A stretch of 64,000 nt of DNA, from positions 29,698,001 to 29,762,000 of the forward strand of contig NC_135770.1 of the NCBI RefSeq assembly GCF_052425735.1. The letters are read 5' to 3'. A program made the translations under genes and the position numbers. Shown here piece after piece: positions 1-10,403 of the stretch. Below the pieces are notes generated by a model that was not told the origin of the DNA, did no database searches, and was given only the letters and a program-made list of their open reading frames with translations. This DNA is from Oculina patagonica. Taxonomy: Eukaryota. Position 1 is the stretch's first letter. Every line of letters begins with the position of its first letter.

Positions 1-327
1 TTTCAAAACTGTTTTCAAATATGACAAGTTCGCCACCGGCGGAATCGATCTTCTTTCTGTCTCTTCCTGTTCTTTGAAATCTTGGCATTCTTGAAAAACA
101 ATTGGTTCAAAAGTTTTCTTTTTCGCAACAAAAACCAAAAAGAAATTTTGGATATCTTTTTTTGTTAATTTAACGCCCAGACCATAAGGGTCATCGCCAA
201 ATTTTTTTTTGTCTTTTAGCCACTTGAGTCTTAAAGATTCAACAAAGTTATAATAAATCGTAATCATATTATCACTAAAGCCTGCAAGGAAAGAGGGGTC
301 ATCGCCAAAATATTTTTTTTCTTCCAT
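1..327 (-). CDS. Polinton hypothetical protein, N-terminal part (runs off window)
   Basis: Manually translated open frame from ATG at 327 to position 1 (MEEKKYFGDDPSFLAG...), with a repeated KKxFGDDP motif. Divergent from the integrase with 29 bp between them. Not in the ORF track because it has no stop in the window. Confidence 0.6.
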   Translation of the reverse strand, partial: MEEKKYFGDDPSFLAGFSDNMITIYYNFVESLRLKWLKDKKKFGDDPYGLGVKLTKKDIQNFFLVFVAKKKTFEPIVFQECQDFKEQEETERRSIPPVANLSYLKTVLK

Positions 328-356
328 GTGGGGTATATTAAGTCTTTTAAGTTCAA

Positions 357-1355
357 ATGGAAAATAATAAATTGGAGTCACGTTACTACAGCCCGCAAGG
401 ATACTGGAAAGGAATTTCTGCAATAAAAAAATTAGCCAAAGCCGCAAAGGTTTCCGAAGATACTGCAAAAAGGTGGCTCGGAAAACAAGCTTTTTGGCAA
501 ATCTACCTTCCCGCACCACGATACGTTCCTCGTCCAAAGTTTGATGTATCTTCTCCTAACACGGTCCACCAGGCGGACCTTCTTTTTCTTCCTCATGACA
601 GATTGCCGCGAGGGCGAAAAGTTTACAAATACGCGTTGACTGTTGTTGACGTTGCCAGCCGTTACAAAGAGGCCGAGCCTTTGACCTCCAAAGATTCAAC
701 TGAGGTTGCAAAAGGTTTTCAGGCAATTTACAGGCGTAGTGCACTGAAACGGCCACAGATGCTGCAAGTTGACCCCGGGCGCGAATTCATGGGCGCTGTT
801 ACCAAAGAAATGGAAAATCGAAAAACAGCTATTCGACGCGGGCGTGTTAACATTCACAGAGATCAGGCCATTGTTGAACGTTTCAACCGCACACTGGCAG
901 AGCGCCTGTTTGGTTATCAGTACAGTGTCGAGTTGACCCTGCCATCTGGCCAGCGGTCGACAGCGTGGGTTAAGAGGCTACCCGAAGTTATTGCCGCTCT
1001 GAACGACGAAGTTACACGGCTGACGGGCAAAAAACCCTCAGAAGCTATTACATTAAAAGCCGTTGCTGCCAAGCCGTCGACTCCTTATTTGAGGCCTGTT
1101 GGTAAGAGCGAAAAAAAGCTCCCCTCCTCCGTGAATGTAAGATATTTGTACCAGCCGGGTGAGTTGGAAGGGGGCGGAAAACGCGCCACCGATCCAATCT
1201 GGTCTTTGAAAGTCTTTTCGCTTGAAAGAGCTGTAATGAAACCGAACGAACCTGTTTTGTATTACTTGCAAGACGGCCCCAAGCGCGGCCTTGTGCGCGA
1301 GGAGCTGCTCGTCGTACCTCCTGATACCTCCCTTCCACCAGTCAATGCCAGCTAA
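357..1355 (+). CDS. Polinton retroviral-like (rve) DDE integrase
   Basis: Catalytic motifs HQADLL, QVDPGREF and IVERFNRTL; intronless 332 aa; stop overlaps the PolB stop. Confidence 0.95.
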   Translation: MENNKLESRYYSPQGYWKGISAIKKLAKAAKVSEDTAKRWLGKQAFWQIYLPAPRYVPRPKFDVSSPNTVHQADLLFLPHDRLPRGRKVYKYALTVVDVASRYKEAEPLTSKDSTEVAKGFQAIYRRSALKRPQMLQVDPGREFMGAVTKEMENRKTAIRRGRVNIHRDQAIVERFNRTLAERLFGYQYSVELTLPSGQRSTAWVKRLPEVIAALNDEVTRLTGKKPSEAITLKAVAAKPSTPYLRPVGKSEKKLPSSVNVRYLYQPGELEGGGKRATDPIWSLKVFSLERAVMKPNEPVLYYLQDGPKRGLVREELLVVPPDTSLPPVNAS

Positions 1356-4300
1356 AGGTGATATTCAATCGGTTCGGTATGTATTCCATCTTCAAGCACC
1401 CAACATTTGTCGTAATAGGCGCTCAAACCCAGTTTTTCCTGCTCGTAAGTTACCATTTTTCCTTCCTTCATACGGAAGCCTCTGTTATTCGCTTTATCAA
1501 CGCTGCCTTCAAGAGCTGCCTTGAAACGCTGCCAAGTTACTTCGTTTTGCGTCTTTGACATACCCTTGGTGCTAAACTTCTTTTTTTCACCCTCTTGTTC
1601 CTCGATGAAATAACACTTTGAGCAAAGCGCAATCATCCGGCTGCCCGTACACTCAAGCTTAAAGAGACCAGGGGTGCGGCCGCTCCACTTGTCCCAAGCC
1701 AGCCATTGTTTTTTTTGGGACTCGAATTCAAGTTTCAGCGAGAGTTTTACAATGTCTTCAAGCTTTTGTGCCGAAATACCCATGTAACAGCTGTCTGTGT
1801 CCATCTGAATGAGCTCAAAGTCTTTTCGATCAAAATACTTGTCTAAAAAGTCATAGTAAAACTTGAGCATGCGCAGCTTTGCTAACTGGTAAACCGCGAT
1901 CCCAACTTGAAAAGGCCTGCTAATAGTTATCCGGGGCTTGCGGCTTTCCAACTCGTACGCTTGCCCGATTTCATCTAAGTCGCTGAAATACGCGCTTCGC
2001 AGGGCTCGGTCAACCACTTTTTCGTCTTTTGTATAAATTACGTTTGTTTGCCTTTCTAGAGCCTCGATCAGCTTCCCGTAAGCACTGTTTCCTAACAGCT
2101 TAAACACGTCAGCCAGCAAGGCCTTGCTCTTATCAACATCGCCTGTTCTCCGCGCCTCTGTCACTTGTTCCACAAACCAGGGGAAGATTTTTTTCGGTTG
2201 GTAGTCAATCGTTCGATGAACCGCCGTTATCTCTGCCCCGTGTTCCACCTACCAGCGCAGCAGTGGAGCATACAAAAGAATTTTTTTAGCAGAAAGGGCA
2301 CCAACGAGCTTTTTACCATCTCCACGATTTCGTTTTGTTTTTTTCAAGTATTCATACATGTGTTGTGGAACAGCTTCGCCTGGAACCTCTTTGTTGTAAA
2401 AGAATGGCGGCATCTCTTCAAACTTTTTCCACAATTTTTTTGGAATCTCAATGTCAACTTCAGCAAATCCAAACCATTCGCGTATGTAAGAAGGATTTTC
2501 TCCTTTCAGATTTTCCGTAAGTAACTTCGCCTGCGCTTCTTCAACTCCTGAAAATTGGTGGACTTCTTCCTTTCCGCAGGGCATGTTTTCCAACATTGTT
2601 GACAGATAAAGGGCATTTGCATCGTAGCCGACAATGTTTTCGCAAAGATGCGGAGCGGGGTACTGGTGATCTCTGATCTTTGTGACGCCAACTTCGTGGT
2701 ACCTTGTAAATACTATGCTTGGCCCTCCAACAACAGCCCCTTTCAGCATTTCGTACGCTTCTTCGCAAGGAGAGAAAAGTTCAGCCCCTCTTTCAACAGA
2801 TCCTCTGAGCAGGTAATGTAAGCTAACCCCGGGAATACTGACTGCGTCTTTAAGAATGTCGATCCTCTTTTCAGTGTAAAAAGCTTTCATCTTTTCAAGA
2901 GCTTCCAGGCCAGGAGACACGTCGAGATTGTTGTAATAGCGCAGCCAGTCTGCAAAGGTGCGCATGCCCTTTTCCGCAAATGTGCGCTTACACCCCTCCC
3001 ACTCCTCCCTTGTGAGCACGAATTGACCTTTCAACTTCGAAAACCACGCTGGGTAGTCAGGAAGCCCAGGGTAGTCAAGCTTTTCGGGGGAGTCAAACCA
3101 CTCGTAAGGAAACCACGATTTCTTTGCCTCGCATTCATAAGCCTTAACCCACTTTTCATAGCTTGTTCCCGGCCCAAGGTAGTTGATAATGTCAAGGAAA
3201 CGGAAGCCCTGAGTGAGCAAGAACATGATTTTGTTACCATTTTTTGCCACTCTGACTTTGCCGGTTGTGTCAGCAAGGCGTTCTGCGAAGTTATTTTTGA
3301 TCAGATTCAGATCGTAACTGCCAGAGTTGAACCCAACGACAGGTACCTGGTTGCACCATTCCTCAATTTTTTTTCGCTGCGATTTTGGAAGCAGGCCTAC
3401 GTCTTCTGGCATAAATTCCGCTCTTACTTGAGCCCGGATGTTTTTTCCGCGTCTCTCTAGCTCTTCCATAAACTTGCGGACCAGCTCCGTGGGGTCTTTT
3501 TCACAGATGTGGGTGGGCTCTCTTTCAAGAGTGTCACCGATGCTTACCGAGATTGGCACGTGCGCGTTTTCGATCGTGAGTGTTGGCGTCGGTTCCTTTC
3601 GCTGATTATTGTCGCCATACGCCTCGAAATCGTACAAGATCGCGTGCGGGTAGCTTTTTGTTTGCGCCCGCGGTGGATCAACAACGATTTCCCTTACTTC
3701 GCACGCCCAAGCCTCGATCACGCGGTAGCCGGCCCTTCGAAGCAATCTTGTACGTTTCATTGTGGCTTTGAACCTGTCTTCGCGTGTTTGGTCGTTGCGG
3801 TCAATGATTTTGTTACGATCTTGCGGGTAACATTTTCGACACCCGTGCCAGTGGCACCCGTGGTATTGAAATACAGTTTTTGAAATAGGGTCGTACCCGT
3901 CGACAGGTGCGCGCTCAACCCAACGCTCGCCACCATGCCCGCACATTGCGTGGTGTATGTGAATTTTCCGCCGCTTGGCTTCTTGGTCAAGCCACCGAAG
4001 CGATTCTTTGGAAGCTTGATGGCTTGGATAGAAAGCCTTCTCAAAGCTTGTCTGCGGTTCCTCTACCTTTTTGCCCGGGCAATCGATTATTGTTTTTCCT
4101 TGGCTGCAAGTTTGGGTATGCCGTTTAAGGTTACAAACTTTTGTAAATCTCGCGTTGCAATGGGCGCATGCATACGTCTTGGCTAACCTTTCAATATCTT
4201 TAATAACAAACGCGTGCCCTTCCCAAATGCCGATCGTCAAAATGTTCTTTAGCATAGCTGAAGGGTTTCTTGTTAGGTTCCATACGACTTCCTCATCTTT

Positions 4301-5311
4301 TTCTCGCACAGGCTCATAAACTCGAATGCCGAGCCAATCAGAGAAAGCAGCCCCCTGATTCAAATGCCTTTCAACTTTATCTAATTCATCAAGAGATGTT
4401 TTTGGACAGTCGGTCGGCTCAGTTGCGAGTTTAAAAAACCTCTTTGCGAGACCACGAGCTGCTGCTGTGCTTCGATGTGGGAGTGCTCCTTGATGCACAG
4501 CAATGCAACGCCATAGACACAAATTATCTTGATAGGTATCTAGCGCAACCATTGGACCCGCACGCCCACGCGCAAGATTGCGCAGCCAGTCTGGTAAGGG
4601 GCCTGTGCCTAACAGCGGTTGACGGTCAAGCACAACCTTTACATCAACATTAAAAAAGCTTACAAACTTCCACTTTGTAGAAGGTCTTTTGATATTGTCA
4701 GGAGCCAGGCGTTTTGTCTCCTGTTCGCTCAACCATTTTTCCGCTGCAGAAAGCTTATTAACCCAAGGTGAGCCTTTGTTAATGTAGTAGACAATGACCG
4801 TATCATCATCAATGTTGCGCAACCGATACGAGTAAGCATGCCTGATATAAAACGCTGTGTTTACATTTTCTCGAATTTTTTCCATAAAGTTTGGTGTAAG
4901 GTCTTTTTCCAGACCTCTGATGAAGCGCCATCGAATAAAACGCCGGCCACTATTTTCCTCCCCCTCGTATTCCGCGACATCAAGAAGGTTTAAAATCTCA
5001 TTCTGATAATTTGTTACCACCCGATTTTCGTGTGGTACAAAAGGATCAAATTCATTTTGAATGTTCTTCCTTTTTTGCTCCTTCTTTTTCTTGCGACGAA
5101 GTCGCTGAGGGGGTTTTGGGTGATACTTTTGTGAAAGCAACGGTTTTAGCAAACGCTCTTGCACTTCAAGAGGGATCGGCTCATCCAGTATATTACGGAC
5201 AACTTCACGAAGTGGGCCGGACATTTGAGGCATTCGCTCAATTTGTTGCTCAACAAACTCGTCAAATTTACTTGCTTTGTTCGCGGTCAACAAGGTCTTG
5301 CTGAAAGCCAT
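1352..5311 (-). pseudogene. Protein-primed family B DNA polymerase (pPolB) interrupted by a single in-frame TAG at 2249-2251
   Basis: ORFs 2249..5311 and 1352..2248 are in the same frame (LLRW*VEHG). Motifs: ExoI ILYDFEA, ExoII GFNSGSYDL, ExoIII YYNNLDV, A GYDANALY, B KLLGNSAYGK, C MDTDS. The N-terminal region has an OTU-like Cys/His pair (DNLCLW...GHAF), a zinc finger and a Vsr-like nuclease motif. Confidence 0.93.
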
Positions 5312-5594
5312 GTACCTAAAAAGCGCAAATGTTCAATTGACATGAAGCCGCGAGCGGCATGCAAATTTGGGGGGGGTAAAAAAAAAAGCGTCGCGTGACG
5401 TGACAGTCAAGGGCATGTTTGCACATGTCAAGGGCTTGCCTGAACATGGTATGCAAATTTCGTTTTTTTCCGCGTGAGTAAACAAAGTCGGGGAACTTAC
5501 CGTGACTCATTAAAACTTGCCAAAAAACGAACTCCAGCTGCGATAAAAGCGGTTAATTCTGAGGTGTTATTCATTTGACTCACCTATTACTACT
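5260..5594 (-). repeat. Terminal/subterminal repeat (TIR) of Polinton element 1
   Basis: Reverse complement is homologous to 56539-56770 at the terminus and again around the ATG (ATGTCAATTGAACA...GTACATGGCTT...CCGCGAACAAAGCAAG). Confidence 0.8.
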
Positions 5595-6219
5595 CGAGGA
5601 AACAGCCTATTTTTTTTTCATTCATCAGAAAAGAAAAAATGCGCGAATTTTTTATTTGCTATTTATTTGATTCTAAAAAAATGGTAGTTATTTCAATGGA
5701 ATAACCAACTACACGGTAAACCCTTAACTATATTCCCCTTTTTTGTATTTTATTGAAATGTACTGACATGTACAATTTTGCTTTGCTATTATTATTATTT
5801 TTATTTGTAAACCACTGGCATTCAAGAGATTTTTACATGAACATATGTTATTTATGTATACAGATTACATACATATTGCATAGAGGTGGCTCTAATGTGC
5901 CAGTTGTGAGTAGAAATCAAGATCGTTTGTGACCCTACAACATCAATACATTGCTGTAGGTTTTTTTTATCAGTACATTGCTGTATAATGGCAGTCAGAA
6001 AAACAAAAATTCTACAGAAAAACAAAAGTTCTTACCTACATTTAACACTTGCAAAAAGGGTTAGGGATATAGGTAACTGAATTTTGTCAAATAAGTGGAT
6101 GTACCTATTTTAATTACTCCATATCTTGAGTATGCAAGCTCAAGTAAAATTCTTTCAATGGACAGTTTCATGTTTATTGACTCCTGTATGTTTAAATTAA
6201 TTTAAAGTTTTGTTTTCAG

Positions 6220-9200
6220 ATATTCACTTGCTTGAATGCTATTGGAGTCACCCAATCTCAGAAGACATGGGTAAGAGCAATGGATCGAATTGGCAGTGGT
6301 TTGGTATCAAAAGTCCAAAAGCTAGTTCAAGAGGGTCTTGAATTTCGTGTCAACTTTGACAACCTTGACTTCAAGATCCTAGCAAATCAGGTTCTCACGA
6401 ATCACCGTAACACAGATGTGCATTGGATTAACCAGTACATCACCTTTGACCGAGTGCCATACACACATCTTAATGATCAGAAACCACTGGTTGATTTGAA
6501 AGAACTGCCTCTGACGGAGTACGTACTTAGTCAGGAGGAAGAAAAGAAGTTCAGAAGTAATATCACAGTGTTGGCTGCTAGAGTACTTACAAAGATGGTT
6601 CCATGCTTGGGTCATCTCAAAGATGCTGTGCCTAAACATATCCCACATCCTTACAGTAAAGAGATGGCTAGAAAATCTATTATAATCGGTTTGCCAGTAC
6701 AACCTTTTAACCAGACAAAACATGCAGATGTTGTACAATATCTAGATTACCTGGAAAGTATTTTTGCTGAGATTCATGCACCAGAAAATGAGCAGATCCC
6801 TGAAAATGAAACATCAAATGCAAGACAGGCCAGATTGGATAGAAATTTGACAGGCATTAGAGTGCCCCTTGGTGGAGATCAGTTAGGGAGGGAGAGAGTA
6901 ACTGGTGCCAAAAAATTATTGGGTTGTGACAGTGCCACAGCTCGACTGGAACATGTCGAAGAAATGCCAGAGCTATGGCATGCAAAACAAGGTTTTTTAG
7001 GTGTAAGTTTTAAATTATAATTATATGCTCAAGCCATATTACCCATCTTCCATGGTATTCCATAGGGTGGGGCACAGGCTCTTTTCCCCTTTTTATTACA
7101 AGGATGCCATCTTCTTTCTATCTCCCAGGCCTATTATATTAATTAAGTTTTCTTTTCATACCACTTTAATAATATACTGCATTTTAAACTACAGTTTACC
7201 TTTATCCTACCAAATTAATGTAGTTAAAAGTAATTCTAAATTTCTTCAGGTGTAAAATGTCCCTAACTGTATATCTACCATTTTCTTCTTTTTAGTTCAT
7301 CTGGGAAAAGTTGTACAAAACACAGTCTTCACGTGACATGGGTACCCTGTTCTATTTTCGACAAAAGTTTGGACGGACAAATGTCCCTTCAAAAGTCAAG
7401 AAAAATTATGCTGGTGCAGAGGCTCTAATGCTTCAGGTGACCCGTGCCCACATTTGCGAAGCCTTCATGACATGGGCCGGAATGGAAAACTTGGAATCAA
7501 GGCCACTGAATATAGAAGTACCTCCACAATCGGCAAGTGTTCAGGAGAAAAGTGAGTTCCTGGAGGAGTGCATTGGCAGTTTTGTGGACAAGTATGCTGT
7601 GGTCATTCCAGATGTGAAAGGAACATGGGAGATGGAAGAAGCCCAGCATAAAGAGTCAGAAGTTTCCAGCCATATGTTGTCACAAAGAAATCAAAATCTA
7701 TACAGGCCAGGTAATAAGTTATAAAATATATATTATTGTTTCTGATAGCAAAAATAATTTGTTAAAAATGTATTTGCTTACTTATAACTAGTTGTCCCCT
7801 CCAATACTGAAGGTAATGACAAATGTATAAATGTCAAAATAAAAAGAAAACTAATTTCACATATAACTTTTCCAGCTACTTAAAAATAATATTGGTGGTG
7901 CTTCTATTTTGAGTTGGCCACTGGATCTGAGTTCAAAAGGGCTTCTTAAAACAGTTTTAAAATGGCCTAAAAATATGAATCTTTTTGTTATGATCTTTAT
8001 TTTTCTTTATATTATTTTAGGCACCACAGTTCTGCTCATGAAGCAAACCAGCCAAGAAGTAGTGTCCCAATGTGTTCTGGTTGCTGCTGGTAAAATCGTC
8101 AATGAAGACTCTGTGAGGGCAGAAAAGCTAGCCTCAACTGAAGTTGCAGTTCAAGTCATAGCCTTGATGAACACAAGCCCACATTGTGAATTACAGATAG
8201 GTCAACTGGTAGTATGGCCCAAGAACAGTATGGCAATCTTTCAAAGTGAACCTGTTTTATTACACCATGAAAAACAAAGTGAAGGTAAGTGTGTCTAAAA
8301 AAAAATAATTCCCTTGCAATTGCTGCCAATTATTATCCCATTCAATATTCTCCTCTATATTCCTAGTTATAAGGATGTTTGGTATGCCAGCTGTGGAAGT
8401 GTAGACATAATTTAATGGGACATACAGCAAGAAAAAATTGGAATTAAGGAGGGGGAGAAGTGAGGTGTTCCTAGACCCACCACTGTAAATAAGAAGTTCT
8501 ACATAAATTTTTAAGAAAGAGATTTGACATTTACAGAAAATACCTATGGTTCCAAATGGTGGATGGTTAAGTGAATACCTATCTCATCAAAAGATCTACC
8601 CTCGATCACATTAGAAAAGGAGGTTTGTTTACCATCTCACTCTTCCACAAACCCTAGAGTCATTTCCACAACACAACAAAAATACAGTATCTTTTAAGAC
8701 AAATACACTTTTTACTGTGCATTTTAATTAACAAAAAGCAAATTATATAATATAAATCTCACTATGCTGTCTTGTTTACACAGCACAAAATGAACATCCC
8801 ACATCACAAGCAACCAGAAATGCAAGTACCACAGGACATGTTTCAGAAGGTGCTAAAACTAATGCAAAGAGGGTAAACAACAATAATAAACAAGGTAAAT
8901 CTTATGATCTATATGACTTTGCATGAAAATGAGCACAAATCCTACTGGTAGCCTGTACAACCATTGTGGGTCATCTTTTTAAAATAATTATAAAGCACTA
9001 ACTTCCAAATTTTGTATGCTCACTGGCTTTTATCTTATGATATTTAAAAGTAGCAAACATAACTTCATATCCACCATGCAATAACAATTTAGTTTCAATA
9101 TTAGGAAAGTTGAGTCTCTAAACAAACCGATCCTTACAACATTTTTAAAAATAAATAACAAGTAAAAAGTTATATATACACTGATAATAATTTAAGAGTT

Positions 9201-9993
9201 CTTATAATTTCTTTTTCTAGGAATTCAAGAAAATCCCAGTGACCATGTTGAAAATTACGCCAGACAAATACTGCAAATGGGTCTATTTTTGATGCATCTA
9301 AATGATACAGAGCGAGAAGGAGACGGCAACCGCATGATTATTAACTGGAAGATGCTCCTTTTATTTTTTCGATCACGCAAGAGAAGCATGAAATATGGAT
9401 TTGAGTCCATGAGATTTATTTCTCACATCAAGGCACTTTACACAGAAAAAATGGCCCATCGTGCCATACACGGAAGATTCGTGAACTATTTCGGAGGGGA
9501 GGGGCAAAATGTAGCCAATGACCTAAAGCAAGAACATTTTGTGAAGAAAAATAAGAAGCTGATTAATGCTTTAGGGGCTCAAAAGACTCTGACAGCTGTA
9601 AATCGTGCAACTAGTGCTTCCCATGGAATCGATGCCATTGTTTCCAACCTAGAGGAACAAACAAATATCCACAGACAGTCCAGCAAACATACTGTTGCTA
9701 GTGCTGAAGAAGATGAGAAGGCCATGATCAAAGTCTTGAGAGAAGTAAAGCCCTTTAAATCTGTCCCTAACAGGAAGCACTCCTATTTTCCTAATATATC
9801 AAAAAGCCCTTTTGACGAGCTTGATGCGACGCTTTTTAAAAACTGGCTCAAAAGACACAAAGCTTCACTTGCAAGAAACAGGATTGCTGCAACTGAAGAC
9901 AATGAGTCTGATGGAGAGGAAGATGATGATTCAGATGATGACTTCATACAGACAGAAGGATTCATTGACAACAGCGGAGATGAGTGTGATTAG
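6220..9993 (+). CDS. Putative AcademH transposase (DUF6589-like), 3' exons 6220-7002, 7296-7710, 8021-8284, 8784-8894, 9221-9993
   Basis: All exons are bounded by AG/GT and join in frame without stops. Candidate catalytic motifs NFDNLD, GGDQL, ELWHAK, EREGDG and NDLKQEH; acidic tail. 5' exons not visible. Confidence 0.78.
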
Positions 9994-10055
9994 TGTGAGG
10001 TTCAATATTTTACAACTATTCTGTGCATAATGTAGAACATTAACAATATTTGCCA

Positions 10056-10292
10056 GGGGCCAGTTTCTTTAAAGGCCAGGAAACTTTTCAGGCCTGCAAA
10101 GCCATTTTTAAAAATCTGTATCCAAAAAAGAGAAGGCCTGAAACTTTTCATGAAGGGAGCTTATATATGTTCAAATTAAAAATATACAAATAAAACAGCT
10201 CTGTAATCATAAGGGTTTGGGATTTCCCTATGGCTTTCAGGGTGTGAAAAGTTTTCAGGACCTTTGGAAGTATAGCTTCAAGAAATGGGCCC
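10056..10292. mobile_element. Degenerate PIF/Harbinger-type MITE between transposase and helicase
   Basis: Imperfect terminal inverted repeats GGGGCCAGTTTCTT...AAGAAATGGGCCC, with inner repeats GAAACTTTTCA/TGAAAAGTTTTC. Confidence 0.5.
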
Positions 10293-10403
10293 AAGATCTG
10301 AAACAATCTTATTATTACTGATATACTATAACATTCTTGGCATGCACTTGAAGCTGGGGGAAATTAAATTCAGAAGCATGAAAACAAAGAAATAAACAGT
10401 AAG

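Larger units (their letters stand above)
1..5594. mobile_element. Polinton/Maverick (adintovirus-like) element 1, right-hand part including terminus
   Basis: Intronless compact cluster of rve integrase and protein-primed PolB. Ends in ...CCTATTACTACT (reverse complement AGTAGTAATAGG), the Polinton AGT-repeat terminus. The terminal ~70 bp align without gaps to the terminus of element 2 at 56539. Confidence 0.93.
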
